Of a stretch of DNA of 56,792 nucleotides, positions 17,585-26,174 are shown piece by piece (the stretch's first letter is position 1; the number at the start of each line of letters is the position of its first letter). Origin of the DNA: Minisyncoccota bacterium (GTDB taxonomy: Bacteria; Patescibacteriota; Minisyncoccia; Phycocordibacterales; WO2-35-19); the NCBI GenBank assembly GCA_041664625.1, contig JBAYKK010000005.1:1-56792 (forward strand), given 5' to 3'. The notes beneath the pieces are model-generated. The model was not told where the DNA came from. It searched no databases and saw only the letters and a program-made list of their open reading frames with translations. Both the position numbers and the translations under genes were made by a program.

Positions 17585-19030
17585 TCAATCTTTCCTTACA
17601 AAAAGCGGATTTTCGGGAGTTTGGTTTTGTTTTATGAGTTCTTTAATTTTTTTAGAAGTCTCTGGCAAAATAGGATTGAGCATACGAGCGACCGAATAAA
17701 GTCTCACTACCAGACTCTCAATCATTTCTTGACCCTTGGCTTTATCTACTTTTACCACCTTAAAGGGCTGATTGTCTTGAATAAATTTGTCCATTTCAGA
17801 AACTTCAGACCAAATCAATTCGCAAGCTTTATTTATTTCAAATTTATCTAAATATTCAAAAAATTCTTGAGGGATACTTTTTTCAGGAATTTCTGGAGTT
17901 TTTGCCAAATTATCTTTGGCCATTTTCATAATACGCGAAGTGAGATTGCCTAAACCATTAGCCAACTTAGCGTTGTAAACTTGTTTGATCAAATCCATAG
18001 AGACCGGACTATCTTCAAACATCGAGACTTCCCCACAGACAAAATAACGCAAAGCTTCGGCTCCATAATTTTCTACTACTTCATAAGGATCGACGGTATT
18101 ACCCAAAGATTTGGACATTTTCATACCACCTTCACCTGTCAAAAATCCGTCAATCACTATCTGATGGGAATGTGGGAGATCGGCCGCCAAAAGCATAGCT
18201 TGCCACATAGCTGATTGCATACGCAAATTATCTTTACCGCAATACTGAGTAGGTCTGCCATTAACCCAAAATTTTTCAAATTGCTCTTTGTTTTGGGGCC
18301 AGCCCAAAGTAGAAATATAATTAACCAAAGCATCAAACCAAACATACATCACTTGATCTGGGTCTTTTGGCACTGGTATACCCCAAGGCATCTTGGTTTT
18401 TAACCGAGAAATAGAAAAATCTTCCAATCCCCTTTCTACGAATATCTTGATTTCATTTTGGCGGAAATCTGGCACTACAAAATTTGGTTGTTTTTTATAC
18501 AAATCCAAAAGTGGTTTTTGAAAAGCCGAAAATTTGAAAAAATAATTTTCTTCTTCGCGATATTCTATTTCAAGATTGGGATGGACCGGGCATTTACCCT
18601 CTACCAATTCAGAGTCAGTTTTTTCTAACTCACAACCTACGCAGTATTTTATTTGATAAGATTTTTTGTATATAAAACCATTTTGATCACAAATTTTCCA
18701 AAATTCTTGCGCGGTTTTTATGTGATGCTCGTCGGTAGTACGTATGAAATGCACATCTGGCGAGATCTGGAGCAAATTCAATAATCCTCGGAACTTTTCT
18801 GCATAGACATCTACATATTCTTGTGGAGTCTTGCCAGCCTCCAATGCATTTTGATAAATTTTTTGACCATGTTCATCAGTGCCGGTATTAAAAAACACTT
18901 CGAAACCTTGTAAGGCTTTTGCCCTCGCGATAACGTCAGCTCTTATGAACTCCAAAGCATGCCCAATGTGGGGATTGGAGTTGACGTAAGGCAAAGTAGT
19001 AGTTATGTAAAATATTTTAGACACAAACAA
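17585..19030 (-). CDS. metG: Methionine--tRNA ligase (short form, no C-terminal tRNA-binding domain)
   Basis: YITTTLPYVNSNPHIGHA, GTDEHGQK, YVWFDALVNY, KMSKS. Confidence 0.97.
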   Translation of the reverse strand: MFVSKIFYITTTLPYVNSNPHIGHALEFIRADVIARAKALQGFEVFFNTGTDEHGQKIYQNALEAGKTPQEYVDVYAEKFRGLLNLLQISPDVHFIRTTDEHHIKTAQEFWKICDQNGFIYKKSYQIKYCVGCELEKTDSELVEGKCPVHPNLEIEYREEENYFFKFSAFQKPLLDLYKKQPNFVVPDFRQNEIKIFVERGLEDFSISRLKTKMPWGIPVPKDPDQVMYVWFDALVNYISTLGWPQNKEQFEKFWVNGRPTQYCGKDNLRMQSAMWQAMLLAADLPHSHQIVIDGFLTGEGGMKMSKSLGNTVDPYEVVENYGAEALRYFVCGEVSMFEDSPVSMDLIKQVYNAKLANGLGNLTSRIMKMAKDNLAKTPEIPEKSIPQEFFEYLDKFEINKACELIWSEVSEMDKFIQDNQPFKVVKVDKAKGQEMIESLVVRLYSVARMLNPILPETSKKIKELIKQNQTPENPLFVRKD

Positions 19031-19036
19031 AAGATA

Positions 19037-20128
19037 CTATTTTAGAGTGGTATTACGCAAGCGCTCGGCTTCGACTACTTTATTGGCCGATATATCATTT
19101 AAAAATTCTATGAGCATCGTGGTCATCGGCACTGAAATCAAAAGTCCCACAAAGCCAGCCAGCTTATAACCCACAACCAAGGCCAAAATAGAAACAATTG
19201 GTGGCACACCCACAATCTTACTTACTACCAGCGGATAAATGAGTTGGTTTTCAAACTGGTGGATAATAATATAAAGACCAACCACCAAAAGTGCCGAAGT
19301 CATACCGCCCGTCACCAAAGACAAAGTAACCGCCGGAATAGCCGCCAATATCGGACCAAAAAGTGGGATGATTTCAAACATACCGGCAAGCACGGCCAAA
19401 AGTAGAGCATTTTCTACTTGCAATAAAGTCAGACCCAAAAATACCAACATAGCTATGATAACAGCCAAAACCACCTGACCTTGCATCCAAAGGCCGATTT
19501 TATGTTGCGATCTTTTCCACAAATCTAAAACATATTTTTCATTTTTGGCTGGAGTCACAATACGCAAAAAATTGGAAACCCCATCCGACTCCACCGATAA
19601 GTAAAAAGACAAAACTATAACCATGAGGAAACTTAAAATACCACCAAAAATCATGCTGGCCGTAGAGAAAAACCCTTCGGAATAACTTGAGACAGCGCTA
19701 TTGATTTGTTCTACAATTTGAGACAAAGAGAAATTTTTGGAAAATCCTGAAATAGCTGAATTTGAAGATAAAAGCTCATTATTTTGGAGTGGATTCCAAA
19801 CTTGTAATTCACCCAAATATCTGGGCAAAGTGGAAAGGAAACCAGCCGACTGATTGAGTAAAGGTAAAAATAAAAAGTAAAACATCACTACAAGCATAGC
19901 CACGGCGGCCGAATACATAAGCAACACTGCCAAAATCCTCGGCACTCCCCTACGCAAAAACCATTGTGTACCCGGTTCGGTAGCAGAAGCGATAATGATA
20001 GCCAACAAAACCACCAACACAACATCTCGCAAATAATAAAAAGCCAAAAAACCCAAAACGATAAGCACCGCTTTTACAATGGTACTGGAACTGATTTGGA
20101 TTATTTTATCACTTGAGTGAATTGCCAT
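19037..20128 (-). CDS. AI-2E family (PerM-like) transporter
   Basis: Multi-TM; LAGMFEIIPLFGP, HQFENQLIYP motifs. Confidence 0.9.
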   Translation of the reverse strand: MAIHSSDKIIQISSSTIVKAVLIVLGFLAFYYLRDVVLVVLLAIIIASATEPGTQWFLRRGVPRILAVLLMYSAAVAMLVVMFYFLFLPLLNQSAGFLSTLPRYLGELQVWNPLQNNELLSSNSAISGFSKNFSLSQIVEQINSAVSSYSEGFFSTASMIFGGILSFLMVIVLSFYLSVESDGVSNFLRIVTPAKNEKYVLDLWKRSQHKIGLWMQGQVVLAVIIAMLVFLGLTLLQVENALLLAVLAGMFEIIPLFGPILAAIPAVTLSLVTGGMTSALLVVGLYIIIHQFENQLIYPLVVSKIVGVPPIVSILALVVGYKLAGFVGLLISVPMTTMLIEFLNDISANKVVEAERLRNTTLK

Positions 20129-20136
20129 AATCTACA

Positions 20137-21528
20137 TTATAACATTTTTTGTTTGAGGAAAGAAAGCAAATCTTTTTCAGCCACCCTTTCTTGTTCACCA
20201 CTGTCACGTTCGCGTACAGTCACTCCGCCTTCTTTTTCAATAGTATCAAAATCAATAGTCACACAAAAAGGTGTACCAATCTCATCTTGTCTTCGGTATC
20301 TCTTTCCAATATTTCCATTGTCATCAAATTCAACTGCTCCAAATTCTTTCCTAAGGTTTTGGAAAATTTCTCGAGCTTTCGCAACAAGCTCTGGTTTATT
20401 TTTGAGAAGCGGAAATACGGCCACTTTGACCGGAGCGAGCTCTGGTTTGAGCGCCAAATAAACCCTCTTTTCTCCCCCTAATTCATCTTCTCTATACGCA
20501 TCTGCCAAAAATGCCGTGAACATACGGCCCATACCAACCGAGGTCTCCAATATCCAAGGTATATATTTTTCTCCTGTTTCTTGGTCAACATAATTAAGAT
20601 CGGTCCCCGAAAATTTCATATGCTGGCTCAAATCATAATCCGTCCGATCATGAACACCTTCTAATTCATCGAAGCCTAAAGATGGGAAATTGTATTCTAT
20701 ATCCCATGCGTCTTTGGCGTAAAAAACTAGATTTTCATGTTGATGCCAACGCAAATTTTCTTCACGAATACCCATTGAAAGATACCAGTCAAAGCGCTCT
20801 TGCTTGATTTTTTCGTAGGCTTCTTTGTTTTCGTTTGGTTTGATAAAAAATTGAGTATCAGCTTGTTCAAACTCGCGCACTCTAAAAAGAAAATTGCGAG
20901 GAGAAATTTCGTTTCGAAAAGCCTTACCGATCTGTGAAATACCAAACGGGATTTTGGGATGCATCGAGTCCACGATATTTTTGTAATCAAGATAAATACC
21001 CTGACAAGCCTCCCCTGGTAGATAAACCGGCTCAGCACCTTCAGAAGTGAAGTCCCCTAGATTACTTTTGACCAAAAGATTAAACTTTTTAACTTTAGAA
21101 AAATCCTTAGCCCCACACTTTTCACAAACTATTTTATCTCTATTTTCATCAAAAACTTCATTGAGTTTTGCCTCATCCATTTTTTCATCAGCACTGACGC
21201 CGATTGCATTCAAAACTTTATCAACTCGGATACGGGTATTGCATTTTTTACATTCTGCCAATGGATCAGAAAATCCGGTGGTATGCCCACTCGCATCCCA
21301 CACTTTAGGATGTTTAAACATGCCCGCGTCAAGACCATAATAATTATCTTTTTGATATACGTTGGCGTTCCACCATGCCCTTTTCAAATTATTTAAAAGC
21401 TCAACTCCGCGTGGACCAAAATCAAAAACTCCGGCTAGCCCACCATAAATCTCAGAACCTTGAAAGACAAAACCTCGCCTTTTGCAAAGCGAAATTATTT
21501 TATCCATTTGATTTTCTTCTTTTGCCAT
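20137..21528 (-). CDS. glyQS: Glycine--tRNA ligase (alpha2 type)
   Basis: LCKRRGFVF..SEIYGG, GEACQGIY, GKAFRNEISP..FLFRVREFEQ, GKRYRRQDEIGTP; ATG 21528 preferred. Confidence 0.96.
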   Translation of the reverse strand: MAKEENQMDKIISLCKRRGFVFQGSEIYGGLAGVFDFGPRGVELLNNLKRAWWNANVYQKDNYYGLDAGMFKHPKVWDASGHTTGFSDPLAECKKCNTRIRVDKVLNAIGVSADEKMDEAKLNEVFDENRDKIVCEKCGAKDFSKVKKFNLLVKSNLGDFTSEGAEPVYLPGEACQGIYLDYKNIVDSMHPKIPFGISQIGKAFRNEISPRNFLFRVREFEQADTQFFIKPNENKEAYEKIKQERFDWYLSMGIREENLRWHQHENLVFYAKDAWDIEYNFPSLGFDELEGVHDRTDYDLSQHMKFSGTDLNYVDQETGEKYIPWILETSVGMGRMFTAFLADAYREDELGGEKRVYLALKPELAPVKVAVFPLLKNKPELVAKAREIFQNLRKEFGAVEFDDNGNIGKRYRRQDEIGTPFCVTIDFDTIEKEGGVTVRERDSGEQERVAEKDLLSFLKQKML

Positions 21529-21563
21529 AATTCTATAATAACTCACTTTCCTTTCGTTTTCCA

Positions 21564-21604
21564 GAGGGTGACCCTTGAGGATTTTGCCCCAAAGGGTCAC
21601 CCTC
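21564..21604. repeat. 13-bp inverted repeat at the RT stop
   Basis: GAGGGTGACCCTT...AAGGGTCACCCTC. Confidence 0.75.
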
Positions 21605-22598
21605 AAATTTTTTTAATTTGCTCCCACAACTTCCACCCACTCCCCCATCCTAACATCCCCAAATACGAAGCTACTGTATTTTCTCTTTGTTTTCCTTCTT
21701 TTGAATTTATATTCCTAAACATTTTCTTTTTAGTTGCAGTTCGCAATACTCGGTGATTTGGAAAATGTACCCAACCCAAAAAATCAACTCCCGAATATAG
21801 GGTTTTAACAAAAAGTTTGTCTGAATGAAGAGTTAAATTCAATTCTTCTTTTAGGAAATCTGCAATTTTTGGTACTAGTTCCAAAATATAATCTTGATCT
21901 GTATCTAAAATAACAAAATCATCTGCGTATCTAATATAATGTTTGATTTTTAACTTGTGTTTAATAAATTGATCAAATTTGTTTAAGTACACATTTATAA
22001 AAAGTTGGGATGTTAAATTACCCAGTGGCAAACCAACCTCAATTTTATTTTTTGTATTGAAACTTGAAACTACTTTTTCCAAAAGCCAAATTATATTTTC
22101 ATCTTTTATATATTCTTTCAAGATTTTAATCAGTATTTCGTGACCAATACTGGCAAAACACTTCTTAACATCACCTTTTAAAACCCAACAAGTTTTTGTG
22201 TTGTTTTTTGATACTTTCTTACCAAAATCTCTAAAACGATTTAAGGCTTTGTGTGTACCTTTGAAATTTCGGCAAGAAAAAGAATCAAAAACGAATAATC
22301 GATCAAAATATGAATACAAAATTCTGTAGACAGCGTGATGCAAAAGTCTGTCTCGAACTGTAGCTTTGTGAATATTGCGAGGTTTTGGATCGTTTATGGA
22401 AAAAGCAAAATATCCACCGTGTTTGTATGATTTGTTCGTTAAATCAAAGTGAAGCTCTGATATATTATGTGAAAGATTGAGCGCAAACTCAGCCACATCT
22501 TTTTTGTTTTTCTTACCTGGTAAAAATTCCTGCCAAGCGTCATAAAGATTTTTAACTGATATAATGTTTTGGTAATCAATTTTAATTAAATTTTTCAT
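21603..22598 (-). CDS. DGR-class reverse transcriptase
   Basis: KPRNIH..TVRDRLLHHAV, GTHKAL, LKGDVKKCFASI, GLPLGNLTSQ, YIRYADDF, GVDFLG, SYLG; ATG 22598 (MKNLIKID) preferred to the MGGGG extension. Confidence 0.96.
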   Translation of the reverse strand: MKNLIKIDYQNIISVKNLYDAWQEFLPGKKNKKDVAEFALNLSHNISELHFDLTNKSYKHGGYFAFSINDPKPRNIHKATVRDRLLHHAVYRILYSYFDRLFVFDSFSCRNFKGTHKALNRFRDFGKKVSKNNTKTCWVLKGDVKKCFASIGHEILIKILKEYIKDENIIWLLEKVVSSFNTKNKIEVGLPLGNLTSQLFINVYLNKFDQFIKHKLKIKHYIRYADDFVILDTDQDYILELVPKIADFLKEELNLTLHSDKLFVKTLYSGVDFLGWVHFPNHRVLRTATKKKMFRNINSKEGKQRENTVASYLGMLGWGSGWKLWEQIKKI

Positions 22599-22982
22599 AT
22601 GCAAACCAATTCTACCCCCCCCCCCCAAGAATTACCAAAATTAATCCCCAAAAAAAAAAAATACTAAACCCTTTGGCAAAAACTGCATAGAGATTTCCCA
22701 AGAGTTGAACGGCTTGGTATAGGACAAAAGATTGAAAATATTTTTCTTTTTGTATTAGAGTTAACTTTTTATTCCGCATATTTACCTCTAGAACCTAAAA
22801 TACTGATGCTCGGTAAAGCTATATCTAAACTAGATATTTTAAAATTTTTTATACAACTAGCTTGGGAGAATAAATTGATTTCCACAGATCAACACATTGA
22901 ACTGTCTCAAAACTTGGAGGAAATCGGGCGACAACTTGGTGGTTGGAAAAAAGGACTTGAAGCAAAACTCCCGTCAAAATAA
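22599..22982 (+). pseudogene. avd: Avd-like four-helix-bundle accessory protein, antisense to TR/RT, with in-frame TAA at 22665-22667
   Basis: Own translation: MQTNSTPPPQELPKLIPKKKKY*TLWQKLHRDFPRVERLGIGQKIENIFLFVLELTFYSAYLPLEPKILMLGKAISKLDILKFFIQLAWENKLISTDQHIELSQNLEEIGRQLGGWKKGLEAKLPSK; IGRQLGGW tail typical of Avd/bAvd. Confidence 0.85.
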
Positions 22983-23004
22983 TGACGGGAGAAATGATTA
23001 GTTT

Positions 23005-23120
23005 CGGAAGGACAATGCGATGACGATTGTCGCCATTCCACACGTTGGCGTTCGAGAAGCGATTGACGTTCACGTTCGGCCTACCGTCAGTGTTCAGGTT
23101 CACGTTAGCAACGAAGAACT
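23005..23120 (-). repeat. DGR template repeat (TR)
   Basis: AAC-rich, reads FFVANVNLNTDGRPNVNVNRFSNANVWNGDNRHRIVLP; ungapped match to 23436-23551. Confidence 0.96.
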
Positions 23121-23339
23121 TGTGCTATAAATCTTCCGTTGCACCACCCATCAAACCATGACAAGTTGAATATTATTCGGGACATAAAAGTCCACTAATT
23201 TATAGCACCAACTAATTATTTTTTGTTTATAAAAATATATCCACTCTTTTGTAAGACGTATCCGACAAAATTCTCAAATATACTTTTATACAACCATGGC
23301 ACCGAAGCCATAACCGCGGCGCTTGCATATTGCAAGTTT

Positions 23340-23348
23340 AGTATAACA
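23340..23348 (-). promoter_or_regulatory. Extended -10 element, candidate promoter for the TR-RT transcript
   Basis: TG-T-TATACT on the minus strand about 220 nt upstream of TR. Confidence 0.45.
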
Positions 23349-23350
23349 AA

Positions 23351-23394
23351 AATCCCCCAAACCCGCCCACAATTGGGAAAGGGTCTGAGGGATT
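23351..23394 (-). terminator. Hairpin/terminator downstream of the DGR target gene
   Basis: Minus strand AATCCCTCAGACCC...GGGTTTGGGGGATT followed by a T-run; pairing needs G-U wobbles. Confidence 0.65.
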
Positions 23395-23414
23395 AAGAGT
23401 CAAAGGATCAAACC

Positions 23415-24044
23415 TTAGGACTCAAGGGTCAGTTGCGGAAGGACAATGCGACGACGAAAGCCGCCACGCCACACGCCGGCGCTCGAGACGCGACCGACGC
23501 CCACGCCCGGCCCACCGTCAGTGCTCAGGCCCACGAAAGCAACGAAGAACTCACCCGCCACCTTGAATAAAAAGAAGGTGGAGTAACCACCAGTGCGAAG
23601 CCACTGCTTGTGGTCGCACACAAAAGCGATGATCTGCTCCTGGGTGAGGCAGAGATCATCCAAACTCCGTCCGAGACTACTGAAGATGGTTTTGAAGTCT
23701 CCGTCTTGGAACATCTCGTAGACTTGGACGGGAGTTTCTGGTTTTGCTTCTTCGGGGACATCGAGACCCCAGTTTTTGAAGTCGGGGTCAAGGTACCCAG
23801 TGAACACTTCCTTGGCGGAAGTGATGGTTTTGGTGCCGGTGGTGGCGGAGATGGTGACACTGGCGGAGATGGAGCGGAGGATTGATGCCACCGCTTTCTC
23901 CACCTTCACCCAACACGGCTCCTTGCGGAGGAACTTTTTCAATTCGTTTCCCCACAGTTCGGCGTCGTTGCCGAGCAAGTTTTTCATCAGTTGGTTAAGC
24001 AGTCCAACGAACTGCTGGAGCGCTTCACTGAGCATATTATTCAT
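23415..24044 (-). CDS. DGR target protein (209 aa), VR in the C-terminal 40 residues
   Basis: VR encodes FFVAFVGLSTDGGPGVGVGRVSSAGVWRGGFRRRIVLP; SD GAAAGGA; visibly GC-richer than flanks. Confidence 0.95.
   Translation of the reverse strand: MNNMLSEALQQFVGLLNQLMKNLLGNDAELWGNELKKFLRKEPCWVKVEKAVASILRSISASVTISATTGTKTITSAKEVFTGYLDPDFKNWGLDVPEEAKPETPVQVYEMFQDGDFKTIFSSLGRSLDDLCLTQEQIIAFVCDHKQWLRTGGYSTFFLFKVAGEFFVAFVGLSTDGGPGVGVGRVSSAGVWRGGFRRRIVLPQLTLES
23436..23551 (-). repeat. DGR variable repeat (VR)
   Basis: 22 mismatches to TR in 116 bp, 21 at TR adenines. Confidence 0.96.
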
Positions 24045-24112
24045 GGTCAGTTTCCTTTCAAATTTCTGTACAGGTTTTTATTTGGTTTTCACCTTCCTGC
24101 ACTCTACCTAAA

Positions 24113-24142
24113 TTATACACCCAAACACCCTACTTTGTCAAG
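24113..24142 (-). promoter_or_regulatory. sigma70 promoter of the DGR target
   Basis: TTGACA-N18-TATAAT. Confidence 0.6.
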
Positions 24143-24184
24143 CAAAAATTGTAAATACGGCTTAAAATAAGAGTTTTGGTGGAG

Positions 24185-26152
24185 TTACTCCACCACCTTG
24201 TCATCTCCTACTTTGAAAGTAGGGTCTCCAAAGAAGCTGATAGTACCTGGGTTGGTTTTGGATTCAATTTTTAAACCAGTGATTTTATCAATACCAGAAA
24301 AAGTAGCCCCACCCAAAAGATTTGGGGTTTGACCTACCTGACTTATACTTGGCAAGAATTCTAGTTGGAAATACACCTCCTTTTTGGGTGAGCCAAAACC
24401 AGTATTTGGCAGAATTGATCCTATATTCCAAACCACTTCGTTGGTCACTTTATTAAAAGAAATTATTTCACTGCTTGGACTGCTCAAATTGGTCCACTTT
24501 ACATACGAAGGCAGAGTGGCTCTGACCTCGGCATTACTGACTTGATTGAACGAATTACCGACACTCCACACTACTGTATAAGTAGTCGGCACATCAGCTT
24601 TTGGTGGGATTGGTCCAGAATTTTCAATACTACCGACAGATCTTGTTATTTTTGAAGAAAAATTAATATTAGTGGTCAAAACAATTTTTCTAACTTCAGT
24701 GACGGATACCGTCTCAGTCGAACCAGATTCGGATACTCTTTCGCCTTTTATTTTTATAGTCATTTGTATTTCTGGTTTAACTCCTTTGGCTATATCCGCA
24801 TACAAAAGAGGGACCAAACGAAAAGATAAACTTTTTTCAGATCCAGGGCTCATGTCAGCAAATTCTGAGACTGACCTTTTGTCCCACAAAATAGTATTAT
24901 TGAATGATTGGAAAAATCCGGTATTACCAGCAAAAACTCCTGCTGGGCTAAACGCTCCACCAGTCAAAGTGGCTTCTGCCGACACGTCAAACAATCTTGA
25001 AGGTAAATTATTGATTACGACAAATTCAGTGGCCACCTGGCCATCTCCTTTGGCGGCATAATCCCCTTCCTTACCTTCAATGAACACATCCAAACCTATG
25101 AAAGATTTTTTGACCAAAACAGATTCCATAAGTTGAGAAAAAGGTACCGCTATTATCCTTTCGTCATCTACACTCGCTGTACCGGTATTTATTTTGAAAA
25201 CTTTTTCTTCGTTGTCTTGACCTATGACACTACCCCTCACTACGATGTTTTTCTTTTCGCCAGAATTAAGTTGAGAAAATTTCCAAACATTATTACCAAA
25301 AGAAGCTTTGGGTGTCGAATCTTTAAATACAAAACCAAAAGGATATTCCAAACTGACTAAGAGATCACCAACTTGATCTTTGGAATTTGAAGCAACTTCG
25401 ACGTCCAAAGAAATTTCTTGATTGGAATTGACCTCTTTAGGGTAAGTAGCAGTGACGATTATGGGAGCGGAGCTGATAGATAATTCGTGGACTTTTTCTT
25501 TATAAAAAAGAGCACTGGAGTTGGCTACTCGATATTCCAAAGAAATTTTAATTTGTTTGGAGCTACCTTTTTCTCCAAAAAAAACTAATTTTATATTTTT
25601 GCTATAGCTTTCTCCTTTTTTTATGACTCCTAAATCAAATCTTTCTTGACTGAGTTCTTTGGAAAGATCTACCGAGGATCGAGTGCCAGTAGCATATTCA
25701 ATAAACAAAGAAGCTGAGTCCAGGTCCACATTGTTATTGTTTACAATATTGATATCCAAAGAAACTTCTTGCCCTCCCCCCACCTGAAGTGGCCCGACTA
25801 CTTTTATGTCCACATTTTTTGAAGAAACCGAATTCATACCACCAAAAAAGACGAAAGCCGCCACTCCCGCTGCCAAAACAAAAAACAAAACCGATGCCAT
25901 GAAAATTTTATTTACGAAATTATGTTTTTTTTGAGCCATATTTGATATTTTAGAAGTTAACTCATCAAAACTACCCGCTTTTTGATCTTGCCAATTTTCT
26001 TTTATTTCGGAATCTTCTGTATTGTTAAATTCTTCTTTTTTTTCAACACTCAAATCAGATCGCCCTTTATCAATAATATCTGGAGCGTTCCTAGAATAGA
26101 GCTTCCTTTCTAGTCGATCCAATTTTTCTCTTTTTTCATCTCCATATTCCAT
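24185..26152 (-). CDS. Membrane-anchored multi-Ig-like hypothetical protein
   Basis: Single TM (IFMASVLFFVLAAGVAAFVFF) then long beta-rich extracellular region; ATG 26152 preferred. Confidence 0.8.
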   Translation of the reverse strand: MEYGDEKREKLDRLERKLYSRNAPDIIDKGRSDLSVEKKEEFNNTEDSEIKENWQDQKAGSFDELTSKISNMAQKKHNFVNKIFMASVLFFVLAAGVAAFVFFGGMNSVSSKNVDIKVVGPLQVGGGQEVSLDINIVNNNNVDLDSASLFIEYATGTRSSVDLSKELSQERFDLGVIKKGESYSKNIKLVFFGEKGSSKQIKISLEYRVANSSALFYKEKVHELSISSAPIIVTATYPKEVNSNQEISLDVEVASNSKDQVGDLLVSLEYPFGFVFKDSTPKASFGNNVWKFSQLNSGEKKNIVVRGSVIGQDNEEKVFKINTGTASVDDERIIAVPFSQLMESVLVKKSFIGLDVFIEGKEGDYAAKGDGQVATEFVVINNLPSRLFDVSAEATLTGGAFSPAGVFAGNTGFFQSFNNTILWDKRSVSEFADMSPGSEKSLSFRLVPLLYADIAKGVKPEIQMTIKIKGERVSESGSTETVSVTEVRKIVLTTNINFSSKITRSVGSIENSGPIPPKADVPTTYTVVWSVGNSFNQVSNAEVRATLPSYVKWTNLSSPSSEIISFNKVTNEVVWNIGSILPNTGFGSPKKEVYFQLEFLPSISQVGQTPNLLGGATFSGIDKITGLKIESKTNPGTISFFGDPTFKVGDDKVVE

Positions 26153-26174
26153 TTGAATATTATACCATGAAAAA

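Noticed and set aside
17585-19030. Short MetG plus separate tRNA-binding protein at 40743 as a novel split enzyme
   Set aside because: Short MetRS forms and standalone Trbp111/CsaA proteins are well known.
22599-22628. MGGGGRIGLH N-terminal extension of the RT
   Set aside because: It arises from the G12 tract and a non-ATG start. ATG 22598 gives a normal RT N-terminus.
22849-23103. 84-aa Asn-rich ORF in the track
   Set aside because: It is the open frame through the DGR template repeat running into antisense avd, not a likely independent gene.
23525-24111. Overlapping long ORFs on other frames of the DGR target
   Set aside because: They are shadow frames expected in GC-rich sequence. The 23415-24044 frame has the SD, the promoter and the in-frame VR.
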